A stretch of DNA of 63,776 bases, counting the filler, from Platydemus manokwari (taxonomy: Eukaryota), in NCBI GenBank assembly GCA_037951405.1. It is 6 parts of 6 records of this genome, joined end to end, with 100 filler letters (N's around TTAATTAATTAA, not from the genome) between each part and the next. Parts side by side here need not be neighbours in the genome. Positions count along the whole stretch, not along the records: positions 53,109 to 63,776 come from JBBMOY011114220.1; 5 more parts are not named here. One strand, written 5' to 3'. Position numbers and translations under genes: made by a program. Positions 55,410 through 63,776 of this stretch are shown here, piece after piece (position 1 is the first letter of the stretch; every line of letters begins with the position of its first letter). Below the pieces are notes generated by a model. That model did not search any database, was not told the DNA's origin, and saw only the letters and a program-made list of their open reading frames with translations.

Positions 55410-56674
55410 CTAAAAAATATCTTATGAAAAACCAAGCTGTATATCTCAACAAATCAAATTATATTAAGTATAATTAATTATGATTTAACAATAAATAATT
55501 CTAACTTCTGTTTCAAAGTGACAATAGATCAAAAGTTATTCGAATAAAAAGTGTGAATTAAATGAGTATTTAAGTTATAGTTCCAAGGTTGTGAAGTAAT
55601 AATTAAATACATTAAAACAAGCGAAAATAAATGTTATTAGGATGGCAAATTATGAAGTGGAAATTTGAATTCTTAATTATTAATATCTACAATGGTTATT
55701 AATATACTTATAAATGATTAAACAATATATTAAGAAATATATTTGATGTATTTAATAAACATACATTATATAATTTAGAATTTAGAAAGATAGTTGTAAT
55801 TATAATTGATAAATTATAAATGACCTATTTCAATATTATTAAATAATGGTGAGCAAATGAAAAATTAAATAAATAATCTTGAAATTTAGTTTTTTAAATG
55901 GTTTCATTTTTTCAATCTAATATTTAATTTACATTGTATCGAAACTCCAGGTTTCAACCAAAAATTTATTTATTTCCTATTTTTTATAAAAAATAAATTT
56001 CATTTAATTTTAATTTTTAAAACAATCAACAAAAATAAAGCTATCAGAATTGATTTATAAAAGTTAACTTCATTTTATAACAGAAAAATCATGTTGTTTT
56101 AGTAAATTATTTAAAATTGTTTTAAGAGTATAGTCATCAACACAAATCATCCTTCAAAATGATAATTCTATACATCAGTATGATGTATGATTTTATAGTT
56201 TAAATAATTATTGACATATTTAGGTAATTTTAGTTGATTTTCGATCAACCATGTAACGTGAAGCATCACATTCAAAATTCTTATCATCTCGGTGGCACTG
56301 GAATTCTTAGACGAGATGTTTTACAAGGTAAAATATCAATCATATTTTTCTTAAATAATGTTGAGAATGTTGTAATAGATTAATTAGTGCGAATGATTTT
56401 ATTATTTACGATCAATGTTTTTCTGAGCCGTTCTTGCTTCATAAACAAACATTTGTAAAGAAAATTCTCCAATATTGACCTAAAACTTAGACTGATCTAT
56501 TTTTAAATTTCTAATAAAATCAGTGCTTATTATCAATGTTAAATGAATCCAAAATAAATTAATATTTATTCCGATAAACTATAAATTAATCTGTGATAAA
56601 TTGTTCTATTTATATGTATTAGTTGCTCAATATATGATTGGATTTACAGTGAAGAATATTTTGTTCAAATAGAT

Positions 56675-57160
56675 CAGTGATTCCGAAACTTTTCGGTCGT
56701 ATCGCCTCCTTTTCAGAATAAATATTACTCAGCGCCCCTAAACTAACCCACACCAATTTTTTTAACTTATTAGCAAATTATAAGAAAATCTTAATGTTAC
56801 TTAATTTTAACTTCTCGTAATATCACAACAAACTAACCTTTCTTTTAGTTTTATTTCAGTTAATCATTAAGGGGAATCCCAGAAATACTACCACTCTACT
56901 ACCAGACTTCGGCGTTGCAAGCGACAAGGCGCACAAGCAGCAGCATTGAGTGCGCGATTACACATAGTTTAATACAAATTAGTGAGAACGTACAGTGCGT
57001 TGTTTAAAGACAAATTAAGCGTTTTGAGCAAACGAGATACATCAAAATTTTTAATTATCATTTTCTTGCATTCTTATAATATTATCGCCCCCCCCCCCAA
57101 TGAGCTTGTATTCACCACCGACCCTCTTGATCCTTGCAGCGCCCACTTTGGGAATCACTG
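56675..57160. mobile_element. hAT-type (Buster/Charlie-like) MITE, 486 bp
   Basis: TIR CAGTGATTCC(G/C)AAA at both ends; 8-bp TSD AAATAGAT / AGATAGAT with central TA. Confidence 0.88.
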
Positions 57161-60100
57161 AGATAGATCTAAGAATATAAAAGAGCATAATTTTTATTTT
57201 ATTGGTTGGTCATTAAATAGTGTCAGTATAATTAATTTATAATTTTATTTTAATTGTTACACCTGACTCCAATAGGTGAGTGTATAATTATGGACAAGTA
57301 TAAACAGTTAAAATATAAATTAATAATTCAATAATGCAGTAAAATATAATTTGAATTACAATATCTGAATGTAAGATGATTTCAGTGATAAACAGGAATT
57401 TCAAATCAATTATTTAAATAGAAGATAAATTTATGGCAAATAAAATACAATATTTAAATTAAGTTGGAGCTTTAGCAAATAAACACTTGAAGTTGATTCA
57501 ATCTAAAGTTTGTAAAGCGTAGTTCAGGTATTTAGAATTAACAATATATCAAATATTAACAATGGGTTAAGAATTAAGAACTAAATTTTACTTTTCGTCC
57601 TGTTATTGGTCAATCAACAAATCCTCAAATTTTTTTATGGTATTATTTTTTGAACAGCAATGTTGTCGCTTGTCAAGTGCTTTTATTTGGAATTAAATAT
57701 TGGTAATTTCTGATATAATTTTCCAATTTCCAACGTTTGCTTGGTAACAATAATGTAGTACTATAACAGAGATTCATTTATTGGATGCTCTTTATCAAGT
57801 TTTTACTGTGGTTTATACATTTGTCTTGCTTGATTAGATTATGATTTTGGGTAAGGAACTCGGTAATGCGACTGAATATAATTTGATAGCAAATTTGACT
57901 AATTGATCATTAGTATGAATAATTAATTTGTTGATACTGTTTGGTTAGTAGAATTATCAATGAAACTGTAAAGGGTATCTTTTAATTTAGTATCTAACTA
58001 CTTGCATTACTTTCTTTAATTAACTTTCTATTTTGATTTCTTTTTAGTATTAGTATTTAATATTGATATTCTTATTAAGTTAATTATGTAGTTGCTATAT
58101 TATATTCTTTTAATTCTATTTTTTGTATAAGACTGTTCTTTATTCGGGGTGAGTTATAAAATGTGGGAAAAAATTATGTATTATTTATTTATATAAGGTT
58201 GTATCCAGCAATGTATTCTCAACAATGTCGAGCTTGTATTTCATTCTTTTCTAAACTAAAAGCGAAAGGATTATGAGATTTTTCATTTTTCTTATTGTTT
58301 TTGTTATCTCATTTTCAAATGATATCAAGCCAATTTTGACCCTCTTTGTTTCATATTGGCAGTCTTTTATTTCAATAACTATTTAATTCCGCTTGGCTAT
58401 GATATTTTATTTACTCAAATTCTTATCGATCAAATTTACAATTTCCGTTATCATGCATTACAAATATGATAAATTGTCATGAAACTTAATAGTATGAATT
58501 GAGATAAATCAGTAGCCAATTGTTAACATAATAATGAAACATTGACGAAAATTTGATGATGATTATAATTTGTTATCTTCTAAGGTTGAGAAACGTATGT
58601 ACAAATTCCACTAATACCCGATTCCTATGAATGCCGAAGCGTAGACTGCGTGCATTAGTTAAATTTGATATGTAATATACAATAACTGAAAATCAATAAA
58701 ATTTATTCGTAAATAGATAATCCAGTAAAATGAATACAATATGTGACGTGATTATTTTTGTGTGACGTTGGCATGCTCTGAAGATATGAAAAACTTGATT
58801 TTGGGAACTACTGCAACCATACTATGTTGGGAAAATAGGTCAGCGTAGTAATTTAAAAAGAAGTCAAATGATCTTTGAAAACTTTGACCAGGTTAATCAA
58901 TTAATAATTCTTTTTCGGGGAAATGTTGTTGTACTAATTATAATGGAAAATTCACCGATAATTTCCTTTAGTATTCTTTGGTAGGAAAAATTTGCTTTAA
59001 TGTTGTGTACATTGTTTTATGGCTTAATGGTTCTTTTTTCTTTTCAAAAGTTAGTATAATAACCTTGTACGTTGTCATGATAACTTGTGGATTACCATGA
59101 CTATTTATATTTTTATTTATCATGTTTATTATTTATTTATAATTTTGAATTAATCAATCAATAATGAAAACAGTAACAGTGAATTTTGAAAATATTGTTT
59201 TTCAATAAGCTACATTTTTATTTGCGCACTGTTATTTTTCTGTTACATAAAATTTTATAATTGCAGCTTAACATGAATTTTGTTCACAGATTCTTATTTT
59301 AAAAATACTTCAAAATTTATAAACTTTTTAGAACACTTCGGAATTGATTATTTCTGAACAACTCAAAATTGATTATTTTCTTACAATGTATGATTGTGAA
59401 TACTTGAAAATTGATTTTTATTACATGTTATTTTCTTACATAATGTGAAAAATAATTGTATATAATCTATTTTCAATATCTCCTTTTCAATATATTAATT
59501 AATTTGATATGTATTTGATTAATTATAGGGATTTTTATTGATTATAGCTTTAATCATATTTATTCATGTATGTTCTAATTGAGAATCTTAAAAGTATTGC
59601 CACCCAGTACTATTTTTATGAAAAATTACTCATTATATATCAGGGTTTTTTGGATTGCTGATTGAACCATTGAGAATTCTAGCAGGTTGTTCACGGATAC
59701 ATTATTTTCGTAGTGCTTTCTACTCACCAATATCGTATATGACCTCTAATTCTTTATTGGATTATTCTCTCACTTCGTTAATATTTATCTCTTGGGTGTG
59801 GATAAATGTTGTAATTGCATTTTGGTTCCATATCAGCTTATCTCTGTCACAGTATGTTTTTAATCTAGATTCGCTATTTGATCAGATCATATTGTCAGAT
59901 ATTCACTAATGCTAAATATTCAAAAATGTAATGATAATCATCATGTTAAATTATGTAATCATATTGTCATTATTCGTATTTTAAGTCACGTTCAAAGAAA
60001 AAAGTCCATCATCAATGGGATCAGTATCCGAAAGATAAAACAGTGACAGAAATAACGACCATAAAATATTGGTCATCAAAGTAATCACAAAAAATAAGAC

Positions 60101-63000
60101 TGGCAGTTGCTCTCGAGATTCAACTTGTTTTATAGACTTGTCGTGTGTATTTGCTTATTGTCTTGTAGCTTTACCTTTTGTATTCGCTGAAACCGTCTGC
60201 GCAATCGTTTATTAATATATTTCCTTCCAACTCCCATGCCATTGCCTTTTCTTGGTGTTTGTTGCTTGTTGTTGATGCGCGCCAGTTGATAATCGAAATT
60301 TTATTAATGGGTTGGTCTTTTGCATATGCATCTATTGAGTCTATGCATATTTTGAGGATTATTCCAATGCATTTTTCAGTTATTGGAATGTGTTAAAGTG
60401 ATATGTTAGATTTTATGAATTGATAAATGCTATTATTTTTGTCATGCATTTTTTCGTAGGAATATACTTTTATTATTATCATTTTATTTATTGGAGAAAA
60501 TTAGCGTGTGATTGATTATATAATCGGAGATATTGTTGAGGTCTACTATTTTGACAATGTTTTATGGTATGAAATGAGGTATCGTTATGTTTATTTTTGT
60601 TATCTAACTTTGTATTTTAAATCTTATTCCACCGAGAAAATGGATGGATCGCGATGCTCATGCAATTCAGTATATGGACGCACGACAGGAAATAAAAGAT
60701 TATACCGCATTAGAACATGGACAGTAAAATGATGAAATTTCGTTCGGAGTTGATACTTAATTAGCTCAAAACTTTCGATTGAAATATAGTTATTTTATGT
60801 AAAAAATATTATATCAGAGAAAGGGATCCGACGGAAGAAAAATATGGAGCTTTGGAGTTGTCCATATCAACGTGGAGCCAATTGAAGGTCTGATTGCTGA
60901 CCAGAGAGAGTGTTCCAACTAGATTCCAGAATTCTTTATTCTTTTGTTTTCCTATGAAATTTATTTTTATTAAAAATAAATAAATTATAATACAAATAAC
61001 ATCAAAAACAAGAAAATTTAATTATTGCCTGGTTCATTAATTCAAAAAAAAATAAATAATTAAACCCAAATATATTTGATTTCTCTATTATAGTAACGAT
61101 TCATAATGTTTTCTCCACTATTTAAATACTAAATTTTAGCGCATATTCTTTCGGTGTGTTTCTGTTTTCATTTTAGTAGTTTCTTTTATGTCATGTAAGC
61201 AAAATTTTTATATGAATCTTATTTGCTGTAATGTGTTTTGGTTTGGTTATGCTACCTGCTCTACAGTTTGGAACTCAAGTATGTTATATAATAATGTATA
61301 GAAAATTTATTTTAAGTCGATATTCTATTTGTCCAATCGAGTCTGTTGATTTTCTGTAATTGGAATTGGTCAATCTATGTGTGTGTGTTGTTATGTAGTC
61401 GTGTTCTTTTATCGAATTGGAATCTTCAATTTATATTATCTCTGACTGGCTACCTACTATTCTTGAATTTTTATGAGATTTGTCTTTACTTTATAATTCT
61501 TAGATTCGTTTTCAATTCGTATTTAATGAAATAGTAGCAGTTCATTTGGTGACAGATTTATAACCCCAATAAAAATGACAAATACTGACGTATTTCAGTT
61601 GTTAGTCAACTTTATTTTTCATCGAATTTTTCGTCGTCCATAACAGATACATGTGCTTTTTGTCTATGAGTGTGATATTTGATTTATTGCTATTATCTGA
61701 CAGTCCATTTCATTTTTTATATCATAAGTTTATATTAATCTTAATTTGTATTATTATGATTCGTGTTTTAGATTTATTGCCAATTATCCGTATTATTTTT
61801 ATTGTGCTAGTTATAATTCGAATTCTTGATTCATTTTTTACTGTCTCAAAAATATTTATTCTGGTAAAAATGATTCATGAGCGGGAAAGTTATAGGTTCC
61901 TTGCGTTGTTTAATTATTTAACAATGAAACCTTCAAGATTGCAAATTTTAAATATTTTTAATAAATATTAATTTAAGGTAATGTTTTTATTTTTTGTGAT
62001 GTAAGTTTTGTGTGTTTGAGGGAAATATGTTTGTATAATTTAGATTCCGTCTCTAAATTGAATGTTGATATATGGCAAGAGTAATTAATATAATATTAAA
62101 AATGTTTTTGATAATATTTTCAAATGAGTTGCAAATACAAATTGTGAGCAATAAATAATCTGTTAAGAATTAATAATTGGGTTTTTCAATTTATAAAATG
62201 TTATTTGAATTTAATTCGATGCCATTCGAATTAATGTAGTCTGTTTTTATTTAATTTATAAATGTAATTTTATTAGCTTGATAATAATATTACGGGCAGT
62301 ATATTTAAATAATCACAATAGGAGTCACTTAAATATAGAAAATTTGTTAATAAAGGTATCGACATCAAATGTCAATCAAAAAGAATTGAACATATATAAT
62401 TTCATTAAATGTTGTGAGGATTTTAAAGTTTTAATAAATAATTTTTAAATAATCAAATAAAATATAAATATTGAAAAGATGTAATTTGTTTGAATATTTT
62501 GGTTAGATGTACTTTTGATGGTTAAGTTTATTTATTCGTTTTCATATTGTATTTAATGAAATAGTAACAGCTAACAAATGTAAAATTTCAATAAACAATA
62601 AAACAACAAATAGAATCCGAATTATTTATGGCATAATTAGTATGGTATTGCAGGAATGTACATGAATTACACATGAAAAACTTGGAATATAAAAGATTAT
62701 AAAATCATATAAGTCCCATCATTTCCGTGATGTATGGTAGTTCATATTATTGTAGTAAATAATATTACGATGACCATTTAATATAATTTATTAATTATAA
62801 CATTACATTTATACTTGTTCAACTGCTTAATTTCCCTATAACGTTACATAACGTATCACGATTACTAATATCATAATTATCCATTTTGAAATTGGTTCCG
62901 TTTTTATTATTAGAAAGTGAGGATTTAAATTTTTGTTGTTTCCATTGGTGTATTCTTAAATGAATAGTTGGACTCTTAAATATATTTCTTGATTTTTGGT

Positions 63001-63121
63001 TTCTACTTAACTAATACTGAGTATTCCTAAGTTTTTGTTAACATTTTTTATAATTCAAAATTTCTACTTAACTAATACTGAGTATTCCTAAGATTTTGTT
63101 AACATTTTTTATAATTCAAAA
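63001..63121. repeat. 61-bp tandem duplication
   Basis: ttctacttaactaatactgagtattcctaag(t/a)ttttgttaacattttttataattcaaaa occurs twice. Confidence 0.9.
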
Positions 63122-63776
63122 TAAATGATTAAAATAATCTTTTTGAATATTTTGATTAAATATCCTTTGTGGCTTGAACTTCTTAAATCGTTTGCAATGC
63201 ATATTTAATGAAGTAGTAAACGCAAATTTATTCCTTTTAAAAAAATAAATTCCAGAAATATATAGATGTTGTAATTAATATAAAGAATATGATAGATAAA
63301 TAAGTACATAAATATTATCAGAAAATAAACAGTATTACTGTTTGTGATTATCTTTAATAGCCAACTAATTATCTGTTTTCAATAAAATTGTCAGAATCTC
63401 AATCATTTGAAGTTTTATCACAAATTGATTGATCAGAAATCAGGATAAATTAATAAATCAATGATTAACCAATATTACGATTTATGTCGTTATCAAGATA
63501 AATGAGATGTCATCTAATCACTTCATTCAGACACACTTTGTCAATCGATTTGAACACCATTGATTTATTATCAAAGAATTAAAATTTGTGTTTCCAAATG
63601 CTGACCAACATGTGAACTAATCTTTTCTAATTTCATTGACATCCTTTAAACTAACATGATATGATTTGAAAATCAATTTTTGTGAGTTTGATTGATTTTC
63701 TAACATGTATCTCATTATAATGAAATCTTTTGTCACTAATCTGATGATGACAAAATGATATTGGAGAGATAAATGA

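Noticed and set aside
1841-61971. Most short hydrophobic ORFs in the supplied track (e.g. 1841, 3154, 15351, 18537, 35374, 59655, 61651)
   Set aside because: F/I/L/N/Y/K-rich composition expected from random AT-rich DNA, often with TTG/GTG starts, and no recognisable motifs or splice structure

Overview
Very AT-rich eukaryotic (animal) genomic DNA with many 51-65 nt introns. A planarian/triclad flatworm origin fits the intron sizes, AT content and cecropia-type mariner, but this is inference only. The window is six contig pieces joined by five artificial 100-nt linkers (44 N + TTAATTAATTAA + 44 N), so adjacency across linkers is unproven. Well-supported genes, all on the minus strand: (1) a complete selenocysteine-specific elongation factor eEFSec (36160-40619, about 582 aa), whose start codon appears split A|TG by a 51-nt intron; (2) a tRNA-Leu(UAG) gene (43200-43279); (3) a partial glycogenin (four exons, 53612-55409), whose first visible coding exon also starts AG|TG. 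The rest is largely transposon debris: three decayed mariners, Ty3/Gypsy RT remnants, a hAT-type MITE in two copies, a probable solo LTR, a 232-bp MITE, a 40-bp-arm palindrome and a 1.1-kb diverged duplication. There is also a multi-copy family of miniature LTR elements (TRIM-like) with recognisable LTRs, PBS, PPT and 5-bp TSDs. I found no convincing novel multi-gene system. The best leads are the split start codons, the TRIM-like family and the long hairpin.
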